A DNA stretch of 64,000 bases. It comes from Perkinsela sp. CCAP 1560/9. Lineage: Eukaryota > Protista > Euglenozoa: Kinetoplastea. Positions 21,900-31,378 of the stretch are shown here, in pieces (positions within the stretch are counted from its first letter, which is position 1; each line of letters begins with the position of its first letter). A program made the position numbers and the translations under genes. The DNA lies in assembly GCA_965644495.1 (NCBI GenBank), contig CBFFSA010000003.1, positions 868,001 through 932,000 on the forward strand, given 5' to 3'. The notes under the pieces are model-generated. The model had not been told where the DNA came from. It saw only the letters and a program-made list of their open reading frames with translations, and searched no databases.

Positions 21900-22560
21900 A
21901 CTCATTACCCATCGAGTCGTCCAGATTGAGGAATTACACACGTCCCGTGACAGTGTGACGTGTATTGTCATCCTTATGGTCCCAAATAACGCGAATCCAT
22001 ACCCAGTGGCCCCGCGTAAGTAAAAACCGGATTTTCTGCGAAACATCGGACTTTGTGGAATCGCTAAGAGGGGTCGCGATATCCTCACCTTGCAATATAC
22101 CCTCAACGTGGTCAGGGTTTAGAGTATGGCGGGTCGCCCGAGGAGAACCCAGAGGAGACTCAGGAGCAACAGGATCCGGGTTGCGTCCCCACCCGAGTGT
22201 CCGGGTGGGCTTTTCATAACGTCTTGGCGCTCTGCTGAGCGCTGCCAACCGCCCGATAGCGAAATTCTGGTGGACCTGATTTCTTATACGGGCAATCTCT
22301 CATCCAATGCTCCGGCAAACGACATATATACCCATATTATATAACCATATTATAATGTTTTATAACACAATTGTCGGCTCATCTGGGGCGAAGTTCCGTA
22401 GGTACCGTATGTCTTTGAAGTAAAATTCTTCAAGGTTGAATTCTTCAACAAGTTTGTCTGGCCGACGTTTTCGACTTTGTCCCCCATTTGATGACGATGC
22501 GGGAAGTGTGATTCCCCGATCTCCGGATCTCAATTACTGGTGATAAGCTCAAAAAGCGCC
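21900..22560 (-). mobile_element. degraded retroelement gag-like remnant with CCHC zinc knuckle
   Basis: Minus strand 22292-22333 reads GYICRLPEHWMRDC, a C-x2-C-x4-H-x4-C knuckle with the first Cys mutated; surrounding frames are broken. Confidence 0.5.
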
Positions 22561-22755
22561 AAATCTCTCTTACTGGGGAGGGGGTATCGTACTTTGGGGT
22601 CTACGGTAGTCATACCGTAGTATACGGTAAGATGATAATAAGACATACATTATTATGTAGGTATAAGAGTCCTATAATAAGACTATAATAAAGCATAGGT
22701 TATAAGTTATTTCGTTGTTGTGGTCAAGTTTTTCGACTTCCATAACCCTTTTTAA

Positions 22756-23517
22756 ATGTCTTCTCGGAGTTGGCCACGCAAGAAGTTCGTTGAAGAACTA
22801 GACTCGGCAGGACGTACTGAGAAATTCAGTTCTACTCCTGCATCCGAAAAAAACTTTCGATCTCCGTTTCGGGCATCAGGAAGGCGGGGCACACCGCTTA
22901 CCGGTACTCGTGGTGCGTGTTTCCCTTTTCGGGACACTGGAAGGTGTACTCGTGGGGCACAATGTCCGTTCGACCACTCAAGCCCTCAAGCAGCCACCAA
23001 GCAGGCGACATGTAACAATGCTTCCGGTGTTGCCCCTCTAAGTTCCAGTGAGCCGAAATTGTCTGATAACGTGAACACATTCAAATCAAAGGATTTTTCA
23101 GATAAACGCGCAGTAGATGTTCTATTTCCAAATTTATCAACAGCCCCATCTAAAATTCCCACGGCGAAATTATATTCTCGCGCCATCTCTGGATGTGAGC
23201 AGGCTACTGAAGAAATCATTGCAGAATCTGATAGAATTTGGGAAAACTGGGCTCCTCCATCGGAGACTTCTCATAACGGAATTTCTAATTTGTCTTCTTG
23301 CAATCAAGTTTCTGAAAGATTGCACGAGATGGAACCTTCACGAGTCATAAGACGATACTTTCGTGCCAGACTTAGGGAAAATCGAGTGCGTCCTCTTTAC
23401 AACCCTGAGTTTAACGCTTACTGCAATAATCCTCATACTCCCCTTGGATTCGTTCACTGCAATGATGAAGCTTTCTGTAAATCTCCCGCTTCAGAAGCTC
23501 CGCCTATTCCTAGTTAA
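22756..23517 (+). CDS. CCCH zinc-finger protein (possibly retroelement-derived)
   Basis: CFPFRDTGRCTRGAQCPFDH = C-x8-C-x5-C-x3-H; lies in a repeat-rich island. Confidence 0.6.
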   Translation: MSSRSWPRKKFVEELDSAGRTEKFSSTPASEKNFRSPFRASGRRGTPLTGTRGACFPFRDTGRCTRGAQCPFDHSSPQAATKQATCNNASGVAPLSSSEPKLSDNVNTFKSKDFSDKRAVDVLFPNLSTAPSKIPTAKLYSRAISGCEQATEEIIAESDRIWENWAPPSETSHNGISNLSSCNQVSERLHEMEPSRVIRRYFRARLRENRVRPLYNPEFNAYCNNPHTPLGFVHCNDEAFCKSPASEAPPIPS

Positions 23518-24328
23518 CAAATAAGTAAGTCGAAGGCAACTACTCGAGAACCAGAGAAGATTAAGAAACCTTGGTAATTGAACCTTAGATAACAACGTTT
23601 TTGGAAGTTATTTCTTCGCTAAGAGTCTTTTGGCTGCACTCTTTCACAGAATATAGCACTTTGTTCTATTTGCATTACTTTTCGTGTGTGTCATGGTGGA
23701 GCTTTTGAGAACAGTTCTTTATAATTAAGAGTATGTAGTTCAAGCACACTTTCAAAGTATACCCTTTTCAAAGTGTCTGAAGAATTCATTGTCTAGTTTT
23801 TTCGACCCGGTAACTCACTGCTTTGATGTCATATACAGTATACGTTTTACTTACCTCATGCAACGTTTGTCTTCCTTTTCTGGGCTCAAATTTCATTATA
23901 TTTCGATTTTCTTACATTTATTTTAAATCTTACATTTACACTAAAAAAAATTGTTAACGTTTTTTTGAAAGCTCTGTCCTTTAATACTGTAGAATGGTAT
24001 GCGAAAGTTGCGTATCATATCGCTCGGCTCCGCCTTGATACAAACGCATTTAAATATTCTGATTCTATGTTTTTTGTTTTATTAATTTTGTTGTCTCTCA
24101 TCCATCATGCAATACAGTACTAATACTATACATCAGTACTAATACTATCTTATAGTACTAAATCTTATACTACTAAATAAGTACTAATCACGTCTAATGA
24201 TTGAACTGGTACAACTGTATTATTCGTGCGATGAATACAAGTGTTTTTGGAAACGTTATTTTATGCGTCCCATCTACATCCAATACATGTAAATCATGCT
24301 CTTCTGACTCTTCAGTACGAATCGAGCG

Positions 24329-25888
24329 ATGGAATCAAGCGCCAGTAATGCAGAGTCTTCGGGTGAAAGGATAACCGTTACCGATTTCATTCCTTGCGTA
24401 TTTGTGTTAATGCTTTTCTATCATGAAAGTCTAAGTTACGGAGGGACGTTTAATGAAAAACCTAAGCACAAGTTCGATCTAGATTTGCAGCGAACCTCGT
24501 CTTCACATCAGAATGTAGCGACCAAAGCCAAATTTTCTGCCGGGTGTGGTAACCCAATGGTAGTTCCTGGTGGGAAAACACTCTGGATCAATTCAAAGTG
24601 GGAGTATGCTTTATACGAAACGCTGCCCTACTCTTTAAAATCTCTCTCTGAGATATGCGAAAACGGCGATGTGAAAAATCCGAGTTCTGAGCTGCTTCAC
24701 CAGATTTTGTCCAATGCCGTTGGAAAGTCTTTTCTTTTTGTAGGAAATTCTCATTTACGCACACTGGTCGTTGCCTTTCTTCAATTATTTGGAGGGAATA
24801 CCACAGCAATTGAAACAGTGCGTCATGGATCTCACGAATACTTTCTCAACAAATCTAATATTCGCGTTACTTTTCTGTGGTCAACATTTGGTTGGATCAA
24901 CGCCATAAAGTCTTATTTCACCTTTTTTGATGAAGCGGATCGTACCTCTAGTGGTCTGTGTCTTTTTAATCGTTCAGCCCCCCTTCTGTTTCGTATAAAT
25001 CCAGCACACTTTGACGTCGTAGTGGTAAATAGCGGGGCGTGGCATATGCTTTATCGAGACACTGATCCATTCCTCTACGTTTCGAAGCTGCAAATGGAAT
25101 TCAAACTACTCTCAGAAATGTTTCCCGACGCAGCCCTTTATTTCATGAATTTAAATAAATTTTATCCACCGGACACTTCTTACGTCAATCGAACTAAGGC
25201 AGAACAATTGTTACATTGCTTCAGTGAGTCACGGCAGCATTTGTATCGTGCGCTGCATTACTGCGCCGCTTACCGATATAACGCAGAAAATCAAGAAAAT
25301 GGCATTTCTCAAACTTCTGTGCCTTTCGATACCTCGTATCCAAGACTACTCAACACGATCTGGATGATAGATACTTATCCCATTACATCTTTAATTCAAA
25401 GCGCAGAAGCGAAATTTTCTGAAAATGGCTCTAAATTGCTTCAAGATCGACCAAGGCCTGTCTTGTTGAGTGACGGGCACCATTATGGTGCGGAGGTCAA
25501 TAATTTATTAATTAGAGTTCTCCTCAAATCGTTCTTGAGCATGAATTTTACTTCCGTAAATGAAGATAAACGCGATTTTGTGCAACTTCAACAAGAAAAC
25601 ATATTTCAAGAGTTGGTCATCAACAAACACTTTGACTTTTTGAATACTACCTCTACTGATTGGTGTTTCACGCTACAAACGAAGACTAGGCAAACTACTT
25701 CTCGATATGAGATTGATCCTATTTGTTCCGCAATGGGTTCTGTCTCCGGCGCTTCAGATTATTCTTTACCAACTTCGTTTCCAACATTTTCGCGCTGGAA
25801 CACATCACAAATTTATAATACTTCATCTGAGCATCTAGAGGACGGTGTCAATCCGTCTTCAGTTCACTGTCACACGCTATACGTGTAA
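24329..25888 (+). CDS. SGNH/PC-esterase-like (TBL/CAS1/NXPE-type) acetyltransferase/esterase with N-terminal hydrophobic anchor
   Basis: KSFLFVGNSHLR (GxS block), DVVVVNSGAWH, SDGHHY (DxxH); hydrophobic FIPCVFVLMLF near the N-terminus. Confidence 0.75.
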   Translation: MESSASNAESSGERITVTDFIPCVFVLMLFYHESLSYGGTFNEKPKHKFDLDLQRTSSSHQNVATKAKFSAGCGNPMVVPGGKTLWINSKWEYALYETLPYSLKSLSEICENGDVKNPSSELLHQILSNAVGKSFLFVGNSHLRTLVVAFLQLFGGNTTAIETVRHGSHEYFLNKSNIRVTFLWSTFGWINAIKSYFTFFDEADRTSSGLCLFNRSAPLLFRINPAHFDVVVVNSGAWHMLYRDTDPFLYVSKLQMEFKLLSEMFPDAALYFMNLNKFYPPDTSYVNRTKAEQLLHCFSESRQHLYRALHYCAAYRYNAENQENGISQTSVPFDTSYPRLLNTIWMIDTYPITSLIQSAEAKFSENGSKLLQDRPRPVLLSDGHHYGAEVNNLLIRVLLKSFLSMNFTSVNEDKRDFVQLQQENIFQELVINKHFDFLNTTSTDWCFTLQTKTRQTTSRYEIDPICSAMGSVSGASDYSLPTSFPTFSRWNTSQIYNTSSEHLEDGVNPSSVHCHTLYV

Positions 25889-26028
25889 TAGGCACGTGCA
25901 ATGTAGTGGATTTCTTTTACTACTAATTTTCACGCTTCCGTAATACTGTATTACGGATTCAATGTATGTATTATACATACATTGAATGTACATTGTGTTG
26001 TGATAGCTGTGGCACACACAACGGGGGG

Positions 26029-26101
26029 ATGCGCAGGTGTCGCAGGCACCCGTTCAGTGATCAGGGGCTGAATGGGGTTCTGCGATCTGCGCATGAGATA
26101 G
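26029..26101 (+). ncRNA. candidate structured RNA hairpin followed by an AGA triplet
   Basis: Stems ATGCGCAG/CTGCGCAT, GTCGCAGG/TCTGCGAT and CCCGTTCAG/CTGAATGGG contain three G-U pairs favouring the + strand; AGA at 26096-26098. Confidence 0.4.
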
Positions 26102-26345
26102 CATAAGAAGTAATTGAATACTTCAAAAAGTGTGTTGAATACACGCTCTTATTTGTGACGCAAAAGCTGAAGACAGAAACATTTGTGTAGAACTCGTGAA
26201 TTTTTGTTACCATTTTCCGATAATTTAAAAGTTTTCAAATCAAGAAGTTCGTAACATTGTTATTAGAGCCGATACATCTCTTTCAATGTTCGCCAAAGCA
26301 CACTTTTTTATGCTCCATAGCAAGACTCTTTTTTTCGTAATTGTC

Positions 26346-26756
26346 ATGATGGCTTCTCAGGAGTCTCATTCTATTGAACAGGAACTGCAAGATATCGACG
26401 AAGAGTTTACTTCCGGAAGGATGAATGCCTTCGGAGATCGTGCATCTCAAGAGGACATTTTTAAGGAAGTGCGAAAAATATCAGAGCTGCAAGTCCTAAG
26501 GCATAGCAAGATGAGCAACCTCCTCAAACCTTGTTCGGAGGATGACTTAATCGACAGCGCAGGAGATGTCAGTGAACTTGAAAGTGCATTGGATACCCTT
26601 GCGACCAGCATGCAGAATAAAGAAGCTATCTTTAGATCTATCACGGAGTCTTTGCGTCAAACTGTCAGACACACGAATAACATTAACGACATTGTTCAAC
26701 GTGCTCACACAGCCAATGATTTTCAGAATGAAACAAATTCACAATGGCCTCAATAA
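26346..26756 (+). CDS. CCDC28-like coiled-coil protein
   Basis: EEFTSGRMNAFG...FKEVRKISELQV resembles CCDC28 (DFHSGKLQAFG...LEHVREMQEKL). Confidence 0.6.
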   Translation: MMASQESHSIEQELQDIDEEFTSGRMNAFGDRASQEDIFKEVRKISELQVLRHSKMSNLLKPCSEDDLIDSAGDVSELESALDTLATSMQNKEAIFRSITESLRQTVRHTNNINDIVQRAHTANDFQNETNSQWPQ

Positions 26757-27334
26757 CGAATCTAAAGTACATCTCTCAACTTAGCTTTGCATTGAAGCTT
26801 TTTTGAGGAAGCTGTCGGCATTTTTATGAATTTATTCTTTGGCACACGTATCGGGGAATTCTTTCGTTCCTTCTTGCAAACAGTTTTATACCTTGTATGA
26901 TAGGTTACATGATGCCAAAGAGTCCTTTAATCACTGACCTCGTTTATTAACTTCCATTTTAACAGTCTTTGAGAATTCTGCCGTATCCGTCGGACAATAC
27001 AACAACTTTTAAAGTGGTGATGCGGTTTTTAACTTTTCATTTAGGCTGTTAGGGCCTATACATACACGTACATGTCATGTACGTGCATGTGTGCTAAGAG
27101 CTGTGGGTGCTTTTTGTGAAACGTTTAGAAAATGGCAGAGACTACACACGACTTCTCAGTTAGTTGCTTTCATCAGTTAAGTTGCTTTCTGTGAAACTGG
27201 GTATAATAAATACATACTGTACATACATGTACTGTACATATTGTGCATGTAACATTTTAATGCCAATCTGATAGTTTATTCTGGATATACGTACGTGTAT
27301 GCATGGGTACTCCAGTTTAAAACTGATTTTTTAA

Positions 27335-28489
27335 ATGTGCCACAAGGCTCAGCCTTTCATAGACCCCTATGTTCCATACACAGGGAAGCGCGGGAGTATT
27401 CTTGAGTATAGAATGGGTTTGCGTAAGGGAGTTGGAACGACAAGTGAGTGCTTCAATCGCGTGGGTTTGAATGGAGCACGTCTTATGTATACTCCAAGGA
27501 TTTCAGCCCCTGCGTGGGATTACTTTTATCGCAGTCAATCCGAAGGAAAGCCGTATCCCGATCGCTTTTATCTTCCTGATGAGTTTTCGGAACTTTTCGC
27601 TGAAGACAGTAGAATTAGGACCCTTCTAGAAGTTGGTTGCGGTATCGGGAGCACAGTTCTCCCTTTGACTCTTCAAACAAACAAAATCGTAAAAGACATG
27701 TCACACCAACACAAATATGGCCACAATGCGGCTACTTTGTTGACGCACATCCACGCAATTGACATTTCACGAGAAGGATTATACATTATCCGAAAGCGGC
27801 TGTCTGAACTCGAACATAAGGTAACCAACTCCGACAACGCACGAACGAGTGCGCAAAACTGCGTCAGGCAGTGTTTGGTGCATCCATGCTCCACATCATG
27901 TCCCCACAGAGAAAATTACGTTTTCAACTTGCACCCTAGCATTACAACCGAACAGTGTGACATTACTAAAAAATCTCCCCGATTATTGACTTTCTTCGAT
28001 GATGAATTTTCCACTAATATGCTTCCTAGCAACAAGTATGACGCTGTTACGATAATTTTCGTTCTAAGCGCTATTCCTGTTGAACGACTTTTACAGGCTG
28101 TGAGGAATGTGGGAAGTTGTGTTCGTCGCGGGGGTATAGTATTTGTTAGGGATTACTCAGAGGGAGATAGTACGGCTAAGAAACACAATACTACGCTACT
28201 CTCACATAAATATAGCACTGAAGGAATTTCTGCTCTTGAAGTGCGTTCTTCTTTTGAGTCGAATCCCCCACCGCCCTCAACCTCTCCGGAAATATTTTTA
28301 AGCAGTAAAGTTCGTTCCGACGGAACCTTGACGACGTTTTTTAATTCTGAATCAATGAAGTACTTCTTTATATCATGCGGTTTTTCACTTATTGACTGTC
28401 GCATCATTGAAACCTCAAAACTTAATCGAAAAACTACTCAGATGATGGTGCGCCGCTTTATTCAATGCAAATTTTGTAAAGAACTGTAG
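27335..28489 (+). CDS. tRNA m3C methyltransferase, METTL2/6/8 (Trm140) family
   Basis: WDYFY...DRFYLPDEFSEL, LLEVGCGIGSTVLPL, IFVLSAI, GGIVFVRDY..GD, VRSDGT, RRFIQCKF. Confidence 0.9.
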   Translation: MCHKAQPFIDPYVPYTGKRGSILEYRMGLRKGVGTTSECFNRVGLNGARLMYTPRISAPAWDYFYRSQSEGKPYPDRFYLPDEFSELFAEDSRIRTLLEVGCGIGSTVLPLTLQTNKIVKDMSHQHKYGHNAATLLTHIHAIDISREGLYIIRKRLSELEHKVTNSDNARTSAQNCVRQCLVHPCSTSCPHRENYVFNLHPSITTEQCDITKKSPRLLTFFDDEFSTNMLPSNKYDAVTIIFVLSAIPVERLLQAVRNVGSCVRRGGIVFVRDYSEGDSTAKKHNTTLLSHKYSTEGISALEVRSSFESNPPPPSTSPEIFLSSKVRSDGTLTTFFNSESMKYFFISCGFSLIDCRIIETSKLNRKTTQMMVRRFIQCKFCKEL

Positions 28490-28494
28490 TGTTT

Positions 28495-28945
28495 TAAACC
28501 CCTCGAAAAAGGCTCCCCTTTTAAAATTGGTACGGTTAGTCTGATTGAGCTGATTCTTGCGTCATTTTGCAGATCTCAGTGAATAGACTTTGCGCACCTA
28601 GTAAAATTCTACTAGGGTGTAGAATTCACTGAATTCTAACGAATTTGTCGCTTCGTTAAACGCGGTGGTTGTTTAATATAGGCTAAAAAAGAAAATTTAG
28701 CCTGGAAAACCGAAAAAAACAGAAAGATTTGATCGAAAAATCGGCTATTTTGAGGTATTTTTCTTTCAGACCACTAAATCCGACATTTGCGCGTGGGAAA
28801 TCACTCGTAGAGAATGAGACGTACACCATTCTTCCTTTTTCGCTGTTCAATTTTATACACGCTTTAAGGCGAACATCGAAACTCAAAACAGTTTTATCAA
28901 TCATTTTTTGTGAGAAACGATACCACGCCTTGCGTATACAGTAAA
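28495..28945 (-). mobile_element. Tc1-like element 3' remnant
   Basis: CIRKAWYRFSQKMIDKTVLSFDVRLKACI matches the C-terminus of the 35.6-35.9 kb copy; shared cattttgcagatctca...agactttgcgc 3' sequence; terminus taaacccctc. Confidence 0.75.
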
Positions 28946-29297
28946 CGTCATTATTCTCAGAATGCTCAGTTGTACATTGAAACAGAAAAACGGCTTTTTT
29001 GTCGTTTTTCGTCACTATTCTCACAGAATTAGTCTGTTGAACGTTGACAGGAACTTTTTTCACATCGGAAGAGTGAAGGTTTATCTGATGGAGTCTGCTC
29101 GTCCACTACCTCTTGGACCATTGACCGCACATTTTCTATAAACTATTGCCACTTATCCATTTTTTCTCTTTTGTACTTCACGCAGGCTTCTAGTCGACGA
29201 TCAAAGCTCAAAACGGTTTTATTCACTTGCCTTCGGGGGATTGCTTTCAATGATTTTTGACATACCGATAAGCGAAATAGTACTGAAGGGGTTCATC

Positions 29298-30251
29298 CAG
29301 GGGTCCGAAAAACTTCAAAAGCTATAAATATAGTACTTTATAGTACTATATTTTTTTTCATGCTACATTTTTTTTCATGTATATATTGAAAAACTATATT
29401 TTTCACCTAGAGTTTTCGACAATTGAAGAGTGACAGATAACATTTTAAATATTTTCATCTGTGTAATAAAGTATTCCTTAGTGATTTATTGCCTCAAACA
29501 TAGATGTTTTTTAGCCTATAGAGTTTCATATCGGCGTTTGACGGCTCGGCCGTTCAACAGAGGTTTGTTGACTGATTGAGGGTCGTGTAACACGAACGTT
29601 TGGGCTTGGTTCGGAGGTAAGACGAGGTGGCATCTTCAGACGTGGCATCAGACGAGGTGGCCCAGCACTCCACGTTCCGACTAAGACAGAGAGATAAGGT
29701 ATTTCAGAAACCAAAGTCCCTGTAGTGCACTATTTCATTCCCTCAAGAATAATTCGTTGTGTTAATTCGCTTATTATTATGCCAACGCCACAAGAAGAGT
29801 TAAAACCCAAACTACGGCCTACCACATTATTATCAGATGCAATAGTAACTAAAGTTGGCTTCAAATCCATCGAGTTGTTTACTTCCAGTTCTAAGACCAA
29901 CGCTTCAGCGACGTTGATTCCGTGATTTTCCCATATTGCGTATTCTAACTTGTTCATAATATTCGGACGTGCAACGGATATTTGCCAAGCTTCAACCCGT
30001 TTTGGTGTGCATCCGCAGCAAAGAAGATGGGTTTTTGAAAAAACTGTCTGACATACTCCCTCTTGTCTGATACACCCTCTTGACCTTTGATCATTCCCTG
30101 CCATAGACCACCTGACGAGCGAGGTACCAGTCTGAAAGCGGAAATTGGTTGCCTATTTATTTATAGTTTTTGAAGTACTTGTAGCATCAATATAGCACTA
30201 TATTTTAATTTTTTTGCTATAAATAAATTTTACAAGTTTTTCGGACCCCTG
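29298..30251. mobile_element. non-autonomous hAT-type element (954 bp) carrying a retroelement RNase H fragment
   Basis: Perfect 18-bp TIR CAGGGGTCCGAAAAACTT (29298-29315 / 30234-30251) and 8-bp TSD GGTTCATC (29290-29297 / 30252-30259). Confidence 0.9.
29730..30104 (-). pseudogene. DIRS/VIPER/TATE-type RNase H fragment
   Basis: HGINVAEALVLEL...VTIASDNNVVGRSL resembles the INxxExxA...VxIxxDNxxV pattern; a DA(T)P-like first motif appears upstream across a frameshift. Confidence 0.55.
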
Positions 30252-30318
30252 GGTTCATCCCAGGGACTTCATCCAGGGACTTTCCCTTTGCCTCTTTCCC
30301 TTTTCCTCTCTCCCTCCC

Positions 30319-31236
30319 ATGTTCGTCGTCACCCTCCCCCCCGGCGAGAACTACACCAAACTCTACAAATCCGAAGAAATCGTCGGCAAAGGCGGCTACG
30401 GGGCCGTCTTCAAATGCACCGACCGCGCCAACCCCTCCCACGTGGTCGCCATCAAAACCTTTTACCAAAAACAACGCTCTGTGGTCGGGCTCTGTCCCAC
30501 CATCCTCCGCGAGATCGCCTCCCTCCAGGCCCTCCCCCCCCACCCCCACGTCGTCACCCTCCTCGGTCTCCTCCACAACACCACCGAGATGACCGTCGAG
30601 CTCGTCCTCGAGTACATCAGTCCCACCACCCTCTCCTCCCAACTCATCTCCGGTCCCCTCCCCCCCGCCCGGGTCCGGCGTCTCGCCCACCACCTGCTCT
30701 CCGGACTCCTCCACATCCACCGCCACGGCATCATGCATCGCGACTTAAAGCCCCAAAACCTGTTACTCCGACACCCCGACGATGCCTTAGTGATTTGTGA
30801 CTTTGGCAGTTCCCGCCCGATGCCGTTTCGTCCCGGGGAGGACCCGTTAACGGTCGGCCTGATGACCTACTGGTACCGCGCCCCCGAGGTGCTGCTCCAC
30901 CGGGCCACTTATGATGGTAAGGTGGATGTGTGGTCCGCGGGGTGTGTGATTGGGGAGGTGATGTGCGGGTACCCGCTGTTCCCCGGGGAGTGCGAGGCGG
31001 ACCAGCTGGTGCGGGTGTGTCAGGTGGTCGGGACCCCGGCGTTTGCGCGGGGGAAAGGGGGGAGTTTTCCCCGGTGGAGTGCGGTGAGGAATCTCGCGCA
31101 GGTGTTTCCCCCGTTGGCGGAGCATGGACCGGAGGCGGAGCAGCTGTTGCGGGGGCTGCTGTGTGTGGAATCGACAGATCGGATGCGGGCGGAGGAGGCG
31201 TTGAGACATCCGTATTTTACGAAAGGGATGGGATGA
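30319..31236 (+). CDS. cdc2-related (CDK-like) protein kinase
   Basis: VGKGGYGAVFK, VAIK, PTILRE (PSTAIRE position), HRDLKPQNLL, DFGSSR, TYWYRAPE, DVWSAGC, PLFPG, ALRHPYF. Confidence 0.93.
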   Translation: MFVVTLPPGENYTKLYKSEEIVGKGGYGAVFKCTDRANPSHVVAIKTFYQKQRSVVGLCPTILREIASLQALPPHPHVVTLLGLLHNTTEMTVELVLEYISPTTLSSQLISGPLPPARVRRLAHHLLSGLLHIHRHGIMHRDLKPQNLLLRHPDDALVICDFGSSRPMPFRPGEDPLTVGLMTYWYRAPEVLLHRATYDGKVDVWSAGCVIGEVMCGYPLFPGECEADQLVRVCQVVGTPAFARGKGGSFPRWSAVRNLAQVFPPLAEHGPEAEQLLRGLLCVESTDRMRAEEALRHPYFTKGMG

Positions 31237-31378
31237 GGGGTAGAAAACGTATTGAGATTTTTGTATGGGTGGTATTGTGGAGCGAAAAGGGAAATTGATT
31301 TTTATGTACAACTATTTGCATCTAAATCTTTACCTTTTACAGTAAACGACAGAGTATCATGTTAGGAGTGTAGCCCAT

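Noticed and set aside
30217-31311. Overlapping ORFs on both strands over the CDK
   Set aside because: Produced by the extreme codon skew; only the kinase frame has motifs.
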